NCBI GenBank assembly: GCA_043228905.1
Contig: JBHGNT010000013.1
Span: forward strand, 11,718,001-11,782,000
Source of the DNA: Azolla caroliniana
Lineage: Eukaryota > Plantae > Polypodiophyta
Direction of reading: 5' to 3'
Length of the DNA: 64,000 nucleotides
Shown here: piece after piece, positions 22,971-35,989 of the stretch
How the letters are laid out: each line of letters opens with the position of its first letter
Position numbering within the stretch: position 1 is the first letter of the stretch
The notes under the pieces: generated by a model
Told to the model about the DNA's origin: nothing
The model's input: the letters and a program-made list of their open reading frames with translations, nothing else
Databases searched by the model: none
Position numbers and translations under genes: made by a program

Positions 22971-23807
22971 ACGTAGATAGGTACAAGTCGGTTGAGGTGA
23001 AATCCTAGGTAGCAGGCATTCATTAAGGAGAAAATCGCTTCGGGCGTATGCGCGTATGTGCGTATGCACGGTCATGTTAACGCTTCGGGCGTATGCGTGT
23101 AGGTGCGTATACACGGTCGTGTTAAGGCTTCGGGCGTGTATGCATGGCCACGTGGACGTCTTCGGATGTACATGCGTGTGCAAGTTTCGGGCGTACGCGT
23201 GCACGGTTGTATGGACGTTTCAGACGCGCGCAAGCGTGGATGCGTGGATGCGTACATTGCGGCATGGTCGGGACTTTTGCGTGCTGACGAGCGCGCGGAT
23301 GCGTACACGACGCGGTCGGGACGTGCGCATGCATGGATGCGTACACTACGCGGTCGAGACTTTTGTGCGCGGATGCGTCTACGGATTGGTTGCGACGCAC
23401 GTACGGATTGCGCACGGGCTAAACTTTATGGATGATTGGGTCATTTGGCTGAATTATACGGACAATCGCATGCAACCAAAAGCCAAGGCCATGCAACTAA
23501 AAGTAAAAGGCAGGCATCTAAAAATGGAAGCATGCAACTAAAAGTAGAGGCCATCCAACTAAAAGTGGGCATGCAAAGTAAAAATCGATTTTCTTTTGCA
23601 AATAAACTAATGATTTGTCTCTCCCACTTGTGTTATGCTTAAAACTTGCTTGTGTTGTACATGTTGCTCTAAATCCTTCTAGTCCAGAACCCCCGCGGTT
23701 CCGTCTCACGATCCGCACATAGTGATGGATTTTCATGACAACGTAGATAGGTACAAGTCGGTTGAGGTGAAATCCTAGGTAGCAGGCATTCATTAAGGAG
23801 AAAATCG
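22277..23807. repeat. ~765-bp tandem duplication spanning the I/G junction
   Basis: 22277-23037 is repeated at 23038-23807, with CG microhomology at the join. Confidence 0.88.
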
Positions 23808-24346
23808 AGGCGTATCCCTGTCCGAAAGGACAGGGAATAAACATGATGTAATGGGTGGTAATGGCCTCCCTCCTTGGGCTATAAAAGAGAGGGAGAGGTA
23901 TGGGGAAAAGGGGGATCGCGCTTTGTAGAGGACGAAGTGCTGCTGGATTGGAACCGAGCTCTTCTCCTCTGTCTTCTCCATAGTCGTTCTATGCAGGTTT
24001 TCAGGAGGCCGACTTTGCTCCGCGGAACGCCCGAATGCTTCCGGAAGAGCCTCCATCTCGCGTTCTGTGTGTATGTGCAAGCGTCGGAGCCTATCACTTG
24101 CCGACTTGCCGGTTGTAACTCGGTTTATATATACATATACATTCGTTCTATCTCCATTGTTCAACTCCTGTGAATCTGTGTGTCTGTGTGTGTGTGAAGC
24201 ACATTGGTGGTTTCCTTCCCCTCTTCTCATTCGGTTATTCCTTGGTCGAAGGCCCCCGTGGTCCCGCCTCGTTCTCCATGCACGCGCGTAACTATGCGAC
24301 ATAATTGGTGAACCCGACGTGAAATAGGCGGCAGAGGAATAGAAAG

Positions 24347-25654
24347 ATGAGAGGGTCGGATCTTACAGAGGCCATGGCTTCGGTTGTGGATCGGATAGTG
24401 AGTGCACGTGAAGGCACAGGCGCCCTCAATAGGGCTATTGAAGCAGTCGTTGACACGATAGACCAGTTTGGTGGGAAGGACGTCACGAGCTATTTGGAGG
24501 CTTACCGAGCCGAAATGGTGATGAGGACATCCCGGAGGGCAGGCGACTGGCCTGATTCCCTCAGGTGGCGATGCCGGGCATCCACGCGGAGGTGCTTGAG
24601 GTATGGGCTGAGAGTCGGACCTAGGAAGAGTTTGAAGGTCGGCTCCTTGAAAAGTACGTGCTTGATGATGCGCTTCGGCTATCGAACTGGGACTTCATGG
24701 AATGGGTGCAGACCCCGGAAAAGGGGAGAAATGCGTCGGTGATCCTTCGGGAGTTTGAAGAATGTTTCGCGCGTCTTTCGGTGTTGGATCGGACCGTACT
24801 GGACACAAGTCGTGTCCTATTGTTCGTGAAATCGGTGGACGTAAGGGACCGGGAGCAAGTGGGCTTCCTGCTGGAGACCGATGGGTCGTGGTAAAGAGAG
24901 TCTACGGTCGTATTGAAAAACGACGTGAGTGGGTCGATAAAGGCTTGACGGGGGCGGGTTCCGTTGCGACAAGAAAGGTCGAGGTACCCCCACCGGTGTG
25001 AAGGGAAGAGACCTGAGATTGGCTCAAGACCGGCTCGGCTTCGACTAGCATGGTCAAAGGCTCGTCCGGAGGAGCGGCTCTAGAGGCGCTGACTCAGATG
25101 GTGAGGAATCTCCAGATTGCACAAGCACGGAGGGATGGCGGCGAACAAGCCTGTGATCGAAAGCCTCCGACTGGGAATTGGTGCTTGTGGTGCGACGCGG
25201 TCGGCCACGCCCAAAAGGACTGCGGGGACTTCGCCGAAGCGATAAGAGCTAACGTGGTGTACTATGGAACAATCGGGTGCACGCTAGCGAGACTCGAAGG
25301 GCCCTGGATCTGAACGTCGGACGAGGGGGTATGAAACAGCTGATGGAAGAAGCGGTGGCTCGCCACGTGGAGACCGTCCACTACTCGGCGTCGGTTGGAA
25401 TACGGGTTGGAAGTGATGAAGTCTGGAAAACGAAGGACTCTGGGTTCTGGCCATTGATGCTGGTAGGGCTAGCCGGCGTATGGCTAAGGAAAGAGAAAGC
25501 AGACTGCGCGGAAAGACGGGTCCGGGAGGTAACCGGGTGGGGTGACCCGGTCGAAGAGAAGATGGGCTTTGTGTAAGCCGCGTGCCAGAACTACGAGGTT
25601 CTGGTGGAAGACAAGCGCGCGGGAAAGACCGGGGGGGCTGGACCCTCGTAATGG
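24347..25654 (+). pseudogene. gag: gag of G, 5' part (frameshifted)
   Basis: MRGSDL.EAMASVVDRIV start shared with H; CLWCDAVGH....C knuckle. Confidence 0.8.
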
Positions 25655-26239
25655 TGTCATGAAGAAAACCGTCCCCAGGCGCAAACCGTGTATAGTGTGT
25701 GTGAACCGGCCCTTACACGTGGGCACGTCCCTTGTTGTATAGTAGATAGGTAGGCACAAAGGTTAAATCCTAGGTAGCAATATTCTATAAGGGAAATCGA
25801 GGAGTATCTCTCAGAGAATTAATGTGATGTAAATGGGTGAAACGGCCTCCCTCCTTGAGCTATAAAAGAGAGGGAGATGGGGGAGAGAAGATATCACGCG
25901 CTAGAAGGAACGAAGTGCTGTCGGATTGGGACCGAGCTCTTCTTCTCTGTCGTTCTCCATAGCTTTCTTTGCGCAGGTTTTCAGGAGGCTGATTCAGCTC
26001 TGTGGAACACTCGTGTGCTTCCGGCAAAATCTCCATCTTGCTCTCCTGTGTGCGCGGGTGATCAGGCGTCGACATCCACCTCGCCGACCTGGTCGGCTGT
26101 AACCGTTTGAGTCGTCTGCATACATACAAATACATGCCTATATTTACATACATACTCTAGTGTTCTCAACTCGCGTCTCCTGTGTTGTTGTGCCGCGTCC
26201 CCGTGCGCTTCTTTGTCTATACGTGAGTGAGCGTCTCTC

Positions 26240-26272
<33 letters not shown>

Positions 26273-26390
26273 TTCCTCACCTATTCCTCGGTCCAAGACC
26301 CTAGTGGTCCCGCCTTGTTCTCCACGCACGCGCGTAACAACGCGACATATTTGGTGAACCCGACGTGAACAGGTGGCAGAGGAGTAGAAG

Positions 26391-26894
26391 ATGAGAGGGT
26401 CGGACCTCGCAGAAGCTATGGCTTCGGTTGTGGACCGTATAGTGAGTGCGCGCGAAGGCACCGGCGCCCTTGATAGGGCTATCGAGGCGGCTGTCGGTAC
26501 GATCGGTTGGTTTAGTGGGAAGAATGCCATGAGCTACTTGGCGTCCTACCGGGCTAAGATGGTAATGAGGGACATTTCGGAAGAGAGGCGTCTAGCAGGA
26601 TTCCCTCGAGTGGCGATGCCGGGCATCCATACGGAGGTGCTCGAGGTACGGGCCGAGAGCCGGACCTGGGAGGAGTTCGAAGGTCGGCTCCTCGAAAGAT
26701 ACGGGTTTGAAGATGCGCTTCGACTTTCGAAGCGGAACTTTATGGAGTGGGTGGAGACCCCCGATAAAGGAAGGAACGCGTCAGTGCTCCTTCGGGAGTT
26801 TGAGGAACGCTTCGCGCGCCTCTCGGTGCTTGACCGGACCATTCTAGACACAAGCCGTGTCCTATTGTTTGTTAAGTCGGTTGACGAGCGGGAT
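26391..26894 (+). pseudogene. gag: Truncated gag of H
   Basis: Collinear with G gag up to FVKSVD, then replaced by Copia LTR J. Confidence 0.85.
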
Positions 26895-27002
26895 TTGCTT
26901 GACGGGAACCTTACGTTCCTTTTGCACGACGCTCGGCCACAACCGAGCGTAGTGTGATACACAGAAAACGGGAAGAAAAACACGACACAAAGGAGAGGAA
27001 GA

Positions 27003-30000
27003 TGTAAGGAATCGACCCTTCGATTCACCTTCACCACTCGGCCACAACCGAGTAATCGCGGATCAATGCAGCAGAAAATAGGAACCAAATGGAGAAACAA
27101 AACGCGAACACAAGGATTAACGTGGAAAACCCTAGATGGGAAAAACCACGGGAGTACAAGACTCCAAACCAACACTATACAAAAGAAGTATACAGTGGCG
27201 AGCTGCAAGGCGACGACCTTGAGCTCGCTGTCCTCGCCACAGGCGGCGGAAGTACACAGAGGCGTCGACCTCTTCCTCTCTCTCTCTCTCGCGATCTATC
27301 TCTCTCTCTCTCGGCTGCTCTCTCTCTTCACTCCTCTAGAGTGGAAAAACAGAAAAATGAATAGCAACGACAAAACTGTTTGCCCTAAGTCATATTTATA
27401 CACATATGACTTTAGGGCTATTTACAACTATGGCCTCAGGGGCCCTTAGTAGACATATTCACGGATATGTCCCTGCATTCAGATCTCTCTCCGGGTACAT
27501 TCGTCATCCGACTCAGAAGTCGGGATCTTCATCATCCGGTTCCGAAACCGAAACCGGGCTGGTCGGCATTCATCTCCGATATCCGACCATCCCATCCGAA
27601 GGGACCGTAATCCCAACAAACTCCCCCTTCACTTCGGCATGGGATGTCTTTCCAATCCGATCCTCTTCCTGCATGCTTCCAGCTTGTCGGGTGTAAGCAC
27701 CTTGGTCAGCATATCCGACCCGTTCTCGTCCGTGTGGATCTTCGTCAGCACGAACTCCTTGTCTTCTATCCTTTCCCGGATCCAGTGATATCTTCGCTGG
27801 ATGTGCTTCGTCCGGGAGTGATAGGCCGCGTTCTTCGCAAGGTGGATTGCGCTCTGACTGTCGCAGTAGAGTCGGTACTCCTCCTGTCGGATACCGAGCT
27901 CTCTAATGAAGTCCTTCATCCATATCATTTCCTTGCCGGCTTCAACAGCCGCCATGTACTCCGCCTCCGTGGTTGACAACGCAACCGTCTTCTGCAGCCT
28001 CGACTGCCATGAAACAGCTCCACCTGCATACGTCATCACATACCCTGATGTGGACCGGCTGGTATCTGCATCAGCCGACATATCCGAATCGGTGAAGCCG
28101 TCGAGTTCGGGCTTACCGGAGCCGAATCGGAGGCACACGTTTGCCGTGCCCTTCAGGTATCGGAGTATCCACTTGGCCGCGTTCCAATGCTCTTTGCCGG
28201 GATTGCTCATGTACCGGCTCACCACTCCGACTGCATATCCGATGTCCGGTCTCGTACACACCATGGCGTACATCAAGCTCCCGACGGCTGAGGCATACGG
28301 CACTTTCATCATATCCTCCTTTTCAGCCTTTGTCTTGGGACTTTGTTTGCTGGACAGCTTGCAGTTTGCCGGGAGGGTCGATCCGACCGGTCTTGCTTCC
28401 GACATGTTGAACCGGAGAAGCACCTTCGTCACGTACTTCTCCTGTGACAGCCACAACAGCTTCTTCTTTCGGTCCCGGATGATGTGCATCCCTAGTATTT
28501 GTCTCGCCGAACCCAGGTCCTTCATTGAGAAGGTTCGGTGAAGAGCCTTCTTCAGCATCCGTATCTTGACCTGGTCCCGTCCGACGATCAACATGTCGTC
28601 CACGTACAGGAGGAGTATTAGAAAGTCTCCTCCTTCGAACTTCTTCACAAACACGCAGTGGTCGGACTGCGTTTTGAGATACCCTTCGTCGGTCATGAAG
28701 GAGTCGAACTTCCGGTACCATTGCCGGGGAGCCTGCTTCAGTCCGTAAAGGCTCTTCTTCAGCCGGCATACCAGGTGCTCCTTCCCTTTCTTCTCGTATC
28801 CTTCCGGTTGCTGCATGTAGATCTCTTCATTGAGGTCACCGTGAAGGAATGCCGTCTTCACGTCCATCTGTTCTATCTCGAGGTCCATGCTTGCCGCTAT
28901 GCTCAGCACCGTCCGGATGGAGGTCATCTTCACTACCGGGGCAAATATCTCGTCGAAGTCAACGCCCTTCTTCTGCTGAAACCCCTTCACCACGATCCTG
29001 GCTTTGTATCTCGGGGGGTTTCCGACATCTCCCGGTTTCAGCTTGAACACCCACTTGTTACGGAGTGCCCGTTTTCCTTTCGGCAGCTCCACAAGTTCAT
29101 ATGTGTGGTTCTCATGCAGGGAATCCATCTCGTCCTGCATGGCACTCAACCACCTGCGGCTCCGGGGGGCCCTTCTCTCCCTTAGAGGATATCTCCGTTC
29201 CGGAGCTTCGGTAACCGGTTCTTCCGATTCTTCTTCATCCGAATCCATTTCGGGATCGGGGCCGGTTCCGGTATCATTTTCATCTTCTTCGGCCGGTTCT
29301 GTTTCTTCACCGTCTTCGGCCGGATCCTCGAGTGCTAACCGGTCCCTTGCCGGTCGGGACTGCTCCTCGTAGAGTTGATCCTCACCGGTCGACTTGGAGC
29401 TCTTCATCTTCTTCTCCGACTCCAAGTCGGCGAGTGTCTTGTCCTCCATGAAGATGATGTCTCGACTCCTGAATATCTTCTTGTCGACCGGGTCCCATAC
29501 TCGGTAGCCGAACTCGTCGTTGCCGTAACCGAGGAATATGCATGGCCGGGTCTTTGGATCTAGCTTTCCTCTCCGGTCCTTTGCCACATGCACGTATGCG
29601 AGACACCCGAACACCTTCAGATGCCGGTAGGATACTTCCCTACCGGTCCACACTCTCTGCGGCGTGTCTCCGTCCAAAGGTACTGAGGGTGATCGGTTTA
29701 TCACATATGTCGCCGTCGACATTGCCTCAGCCCAAAACCCCTTGGGTAATTTCGCATGTGCCAGCATACTCCGGACCCTCTCCATTATGGTCCAGTTCAT
29801 CCTCTCGGCCAGCCCGTTCAGTTCCGGCGTCTTCGGCACAGTAAACTCGAGCCGGATTCCCTTCGAGCGACAGTACTCCTGGAACTGTCCCCGGTATTCC
29901 CCTCCGTTATCCGCTCGTATCGCTTTCAGCTTCTTGCCGGATTCTCTTTCCACTCTCGCGTGGAGTTCTTTGAAGACGGACAACACTTGGTCCTTTGTCT

Positions 30001-32184
30001 TCATCGGTGCCGTCCACAGTCTTCGGCTATGATCATCTATGAATGTTACGAAGTACTGGGCTCCGCCATGGGACTTCGTTTCTACCTGACACACATCGGT
30101 GTGCACCAACTCCAGTGGTGCGCTACGTCTCGTCGGTGGCCTTGAGTGGAAGGAGGCTCGGTTCTGCTTACCGGCCAGGCAATCGGTGCACTTCTCCAGG
30201 TGCACATGCTTCACTGGAATGAGGTTGTCTTCTGCAAGCCTCTTCATCCCCTTCTCACTCATGTGGCACAGTCTCTTGTGCCACAGCTCACCGGCAGTGT
30301 CGGCTGCCACGTTCAGCTCTTCCGGACATAACCGGGCATTCATCAGGTACAGTGTGTTGACTTTCCGAGCCCGAGCCACTATCAGGCTCCCCTTGCTGAA
30401 CTTCATTACGCCGTTCCGGATGCTACCTGTGTAGCCTTCATCGTCTAGCCTCCCGGCCGAAATCAGGTTCAATCGAACCTCCGGAACGTGTCGGACATCC
30501 TTCAGCAGCATTTTGCATCCGGTCGGGGTTGTCAACCACACGTCTCCGATGCCGGCAATCCGGCACGTACCTTCATTTCCCATCCGAACACAGCCATGCT
30601 CACCGGCTGTGTAGGATGAGAAGTATCTTCTCTCCGGGGTCAGGTGGAACGATGCTCCGGAATCGACCACCCAGGTCATCTCATCGCCGGCAACGTTTAG
30701 TTCACCTTCTTCGGTGATGAGCATGATTTCTTCCTCACTTGCCGCGAGTGCCGTTGTTCCTTTCCGGTCCTGCCCTCGCCGATCCGAACCTCTCCGGTCC
30801 GTGGCTCCCCGGTATGCACCGTTTCTCTCCGGTGACTTCTTCGAATCGGTGTCGTCGGCTCCGTTGTCTTTTCGGTAATGCCGACAATTCTTTCGGAAGT
30901 GCCCCGGCTTCCCACAGTGGAAGCATGTGGGCCTTCCTCTTGACTGCGACCGGGTCCCCGACTTCTCCCGTCTCTGCGGACTCCGGTTCCATTGTCTTCC
31001 TCGATCCGATTCGGTAAGTAGCGCCTTCGGGTCGGAGGCCGGTTCTTTATCTCTCCGACGCGCTTCTTCGTTCAAAATACTTGTCTTTACCGTTTGCAAG
31101 GACAAGTTATCTTCTGTGCAGGAGGTGCTGAGAGTCACCACCAAGTTCTCCCAGCTTTCCGGCAATGTGCACATCAGGATGATGGCTTGCATTGCATCCT
31201 CCAACGGGAACTTGATCGCCGCAAGCTGAGATTCACTATCTTCCTCATCAGGGAGGTCCGGTTCAACGCATTCTTCCTCTCGTAGAGGCCCGACAGCTTC
31301 TTCCACATCTCATATGCGTTGGTGTCGTTCGCCACATGTTGTAGGACGCTTACATCGACATATTGTCGGATCGTCGCTACGGCTTTCCGGTTCAGGAGCT
31401 TCCACTCCGACTCAAGTACCCCTTTCGGTATTTCCGACCTGTCAATCGGTTCGTACAGGTCCCGAACAATCAGAAGATCCTCCATCTTGATCTTCCAGTC
31501 GGCGTAATTCTGCGCATTCAGCACCATCATCCCCGGCTGCCCGCTGCCGCCGCCTTCCATTTTCTGCAACAATCGCTCTGATACCAGTTTGTAAGGAATC
31601 GACCCTTCGATTCACCTTCACCACTCGGCCACAACCGAGTAATCGCGGATCAATGCAGCAGAAAATAGGAACCAAATGGAGAAACAAAACGCGAACACAA
31701 GGATTAACGTGGAAAACCCTAGATGGGAAAAACCACGGGAGTACAAGACTCCAAACCAACACTATACAAAAGAAGTATACAGTGGCGAGCTGCAAGGCGA
31801 CGACCTTGAGCTCGCTGTCCTCGCCACAGGCGGCGGAAGTACACAGAGGCGTCGACCTCTTCCTCTCTCTCTCTCTCGCGATCTATCTCTCTCTCTCTCG
31901 GCTGCTCTCTCTCTTCACTCCTCTAGAGTGGAAAAACAGAAAAATGAATAGCAACGACAAAACTGTTTGCCCTAAGTCATATTTATACACATATGACTTT
32001 AGGGCTATTTACAACTATGGCCTCAGGGGCCCTTAGTAGACATATTCACGGATATGTCCCTGCATTCGGATCTCTCTCCGGGTACATTCGTCATCCGACT
32101 CAGAAGTCGGGGTCTTCATCATCCGGTTCCGAAACCGAAACCGGGCTGGTCGGCATTCATCTCCGATATCCGACCATCCCAACA
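27003..32184 (-). mobile_element. Element K: young Ty1/copia (Tnt1-like)
   Basis: LTRs 27003-27618 and 31590-32184 (2 substitutions seen plus a 21-bp indel). TSD GAAGA, PPT 27619-27628, tRNA-iMet PBS 31574-31586. Confidence 0.96.
27629..31560 (-). CDS. pol: Copia gag-pol of K: pol open for ~1200 aa, gag frameshifted by a short deletion near 31230
   Basis: CFHCGKPGH...C, VDSGASFH, WHKRLCH..C..C, DDE integrase, YVDD, TDSD RNase H. The gag N-terminus (31174-31572 ORF) is in another frame. Confidence 0.9.
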
Positions 32185-32369
32185 GAAGATATACACACAC
32201 TACACAGGAGGTTTACGTGGAAAACCCCAAACTAGGGGAAAAACCATGGCAGTCCACAGGCTGCAAACTGTCGGTATGTAAGGATGTACAAAACAATGAG
32301 TCCACGGAGGCAACGACCTCGTGCTCACGATCTTCGCCACAGGCGACGGTTACAACAGAGGCAACAACC

Positions 32370-32413
<44 letters not shown>

Positions 32414-32850
32414 CAGTTACACATACTGATTTCGTGCAAGACAGAAATTGACAACAACTACTAACTATTAGTTTGCCCTAAGTCATATTTATACTAATAT
32501 GACTTTCCGGCTATTTACAAATATAGCCACAATGGGCTCTCAGAAACATATTTACGAATATGTCTCTTCCTCCGGTTCACACCGGGTCTGCACCATCCGG
32601 CTCTCCGGGACCGGGTACTCCTCATCCGGTTCATACCGGGCCTGCACCATCCGGCTCTTCGGAACCGGGTACTCCTCATCCGGTTCATACCGGGCCTGCA
32701 CCATCCGGCTCTCCGTAACCGGGTACTCTTCATCCGGTTAATACTGGGCCTGCACCATCCGGCTCTCCGGAACCGGGTACTCCTCATACCGAGTTTGTTC
32801 GTCGGCACTGTTCTTCTCCCTTCCCATCCGGAGGGACCTGTCTCCCAACA

Positions 32851-34419
32851 AGTTCGACCGGGATCGGATGGGTTGTCAACCAAGAGGACGAGGACGACAT
32901 GCGTTCCCCGATCCGGTTCGGCGCAAAGGTCCTCAGCGAGCGACAACAAGGATACGCCCAGGTTAAACGCGAGCTCTGGGGTATCATGTCGGCGGTAAAG
33001 GCCAATAAAGACTACCTGATCGGGACAAAGGTAATTATCGAGACAGACTGCTTGCCGATCCTTGGCATGGTTTCCGGATGCGTGACGCCGGACCTGGCAA
33101 TGCTCAGGTGGATAGCATACATCAAGTCCCTGAATCCGGAAATACGACACATTTCCGGGAAAGACAACGCCATGGCCGACATGCTTTCAAGGGCGAGGTT
33201 CGAAAACGACGGCGGCATGGTTTCAGAGGACGAGGAAGTCAACGTGGACTTCTTCGAGGCAGCTTACGTAACAACCGGTAGGGAATGCTCTCCAACGCTT
33301 AACGATTTCGACGGGAGCAAGTACGACAGGGAGTGGCTGCAGATCGGCGGGTTCCTGAAAACAATGACACCGGACGCGGCTTGGACAACGGACGAGGCCA
33401 ACCGGATTTGGAAGAAAGCCTACTGATTCTTTCTCCGAGACAGATACATATGGAAGCACCCGAAGAAGAGGAACGACATCCCGCTCCGAGTGGTGGCGAA
33501 GAAGGAGGAGCAGGAGGATTTGCTGGCGGCGTACCACGATAGCCCGTGGGCTGGACACCGTGGAACGTGGGCCACGTTCGAAAAGCTAAAGGAGAAGTAC
33601 TGGTGGCCGGGACTATACCGGGACGTGCATCAGTGCGTGACGACTTGCGAAACCTGTCAGGTGCACTCCATGATCCGACATCGGGACGAGCTTCACCCGA
33701 CCTACCCTCCGACCGTCCACTTCAAGTGGATGGTGGATTTGGTGACGATGCCAATGGGGGTAGGACAGATGCGGTATCTGGTGCTAGCTCGGGAAGATCT
33801 AATGAACCAGGTTGAAGGCCGAGGGGACTGGCCACGACTGCTACCTTATGCCTTGTGGGCGGACCGGACTACGCACAGTTCGGTAACCGGGTTCATGCCG
33901 GCCGAGCTTATGTTCGAGCAGAAGCCAATCATGCCAACAGAGCAAACGATCTCCTCGTGGGCCACGGTGGACTGGAGGGATAAGATGAGCCGGGAGGAAC
34001 TGTTGGCGACGCGGATTCGACAGCTCGAGCGGAGGCCGGAGGACGTAGAGCGAGCCGCGGAGAAACTTCGGGTAGCGAGGATAAGGAACAAAGCCCGGTT
34101 CGACTGAACACACCGGTTCAGGCCAAGGAAGATCGAGGAAGGCGACTGGGTGCTAGTCTACGACAGCAGCCTCGACAATCAGCACAGGGCCAAGCGGAAG
34201 TTTGCGAGGAGGTGGTTCGGGCCTTACGTAGTAACAGGCGCCAACGGCAATGGGACGTACCATCTCGCGGAGCTCGACGGTATGAGAATGGTAATACCGG
34301 TAGTGGGGAAGAGGATCAAAGCGTTCAAGAAACGGCACGACGGGGAGCCGGAGCTAGGGGGCATGGACAGCGACGACGAGCAGCCCGAGGCGGAGGATGA
34401 GTCGGTAAACGAGGAATAA
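32851..34419 (+). pseudogene. pol: RNase H-integrase remnant of H
   Basis: Collinear with G 37655-39473, except for a ~255-bp deletion of the integrase core at ~33822. Confidence 0.85.
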
Positions 34420-35075
34420 AGCAAGGATCGGTTCTCTCCTGTAGGAACCCAATTTTGGCGCATACCGGTGGATGCGCGGTTAGGTGGGGGCAGATGTCAT
34501 GAAAAAAACCGTCCCCAGGCGCAAACCGTGTATAGTGTGTGTGAATTGGCCCTTACACGTGGGCACGTCCCTTATCGTATAGTAGATAGGTAGGCACAAA
34601 GGTTAAATCCTAGGTAGCAATATTCTATAAGGGAAATCGAGGAGTATCTCTCAGAGAATTAATGTGATGTAAACGGGTGCAATGGCCTCCCTCCTTGAGC
34701 TATAAAAGAGAGGGAGACGGGGGAGCGAAGATATCGCGTGTTAGAAGGAACGAAGTGCTGTCGGATTGGGACTGAGCTCTTCTTCTCTGTCGTTCTCCAT
34801 AGCTTTCTTTGCGCAGGTTCTCAGGAGGCTGATTCTGCTCCGTGGAACGCCCGTGTGCTTCCGGCAGAATCTCCATCTTGCTCTCCTGTGTGCGTGGGTG
34901 ATCAGGCATCGGCATCCACCTCGCCGACCTGGTCGGCTGTAACCGTTTGAGTCGTCTGCATACATACAAATACATGCCTATATTTACATACATACTCTAG
35001 TGTTCTCAACTCGCGTCTCCTGTGTTGTTGTGTCGCGTCCCCGTGCGCTTCTTTGTCTATAAGTGAGTGAGCATT

Positions 35076-35110
<35 letters not shown>

Positions 35111-35187
35111 TTTTCCTCACCTATTCCTCGGTCCAAGACCCTAGTGGTCCCGCCTTGTTCTCCACGCACGCGCGTAACAACGCGACA

Positions 35188-35989
35188 ACGGTATGAAACC
35201 CGGTTCGGGCCAAAGCAGAATGATGTCGGTGCATCCGGCGCACCGGACAAGGCCAAGATGGCCGGTTATCGATTGAGCAAAGAGATCAAAAGGACCATGG
35301 ACCTACGAAAGGTCCTGGAGGAACGGATCCTCGACAGCAAAGTGGAGCAGTCGCTGAGGGAAATGCTCGGTATCTCCAAGAAGGAGTTCCACGACTCCAT
35401 CGTAGACTTGGTGAAGCGGAAAAGGCTTTTGACGGTGCCAGAGCCAGAGAAGCCGGTGGAGGTGCGAAAAACGCACTTAGAAGACATGGCCCTGGAGGAC
35501 GAATTGGTGGAAATCCACTACTCAAGGTTACATTGGGCTAGGGCCACTACGGAAACCCTTGTTCGGATCGGGGACATCCAGGAGCTGGTGGTGGCGTTGG
35601 TAGACGACGGTTTGGAGATCAACTTGATGTCCATGGACTTCTACAAGAAGGGAAAGTGGCCGATCAACACCAAGCACGGGTGGAAGATACGGGCAACAAC
35701 GCGCACCACGGAGGAGCTACATGGAGCCTACCCGAATGTACGAGTGAAAATCGGCGATGTCGAGATCGATCAACACTTCTTCGTGTAGGAGATGTCCTCG
35801 CATCCGGTGATACTCGAAGAACCGTACGTCATGGCGGCACGCATGGAGACAAAGGTGCTGGACAACGGTTTGGCACATGCACAAGTCAAGAGCCAGGATG
35901 GGCGCCACTTGGTCCAGTTCCTGACAATGCGACCGAACCATGAGCGTAACCGCGAGACCCTCGGTGGCGAAAACCGAGGGGATTTTTAG
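35188..35989 (+). pseudogene. gag C-terminus and protease of G
   Basis: ALVDDGLEINLM protease-like motif and HPVIL..PY. Ends ...RGDF* at a slippery heptamer. Confidence 0.78.

Larger units (their letters stand above)
26900..32850 (-). mobile_element. Element J: Copia solo LTR (26900-27002 + 32190-32850), split by K
   Basis: TG...CCCAACA ends. Shares ctcggccacaaccgag, acgtggaaaaccc and gccctaagtcatatttata blocks with the E/K LTRs. 57-bp repeats at ~32570-32790. Flanks do not match. Confidence 0.78.
25655..35187 (+). mobile_element. Element H: sister family of G inserted in G gag, internally deleted
   Basis: 693-bp LTRs at 25655-26347 and 34495-35187. Trp PBS 26352-26369, PPT ~34482-34494, flanks ATGG/ACGG. 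Confidence 0.92.

Noticed and set aside
22235-23541. Many overlapping R/A/C/T/V-rich ORFs
   Set aside because: By-product of a stop-poor alternating repeat in a solo LTR.
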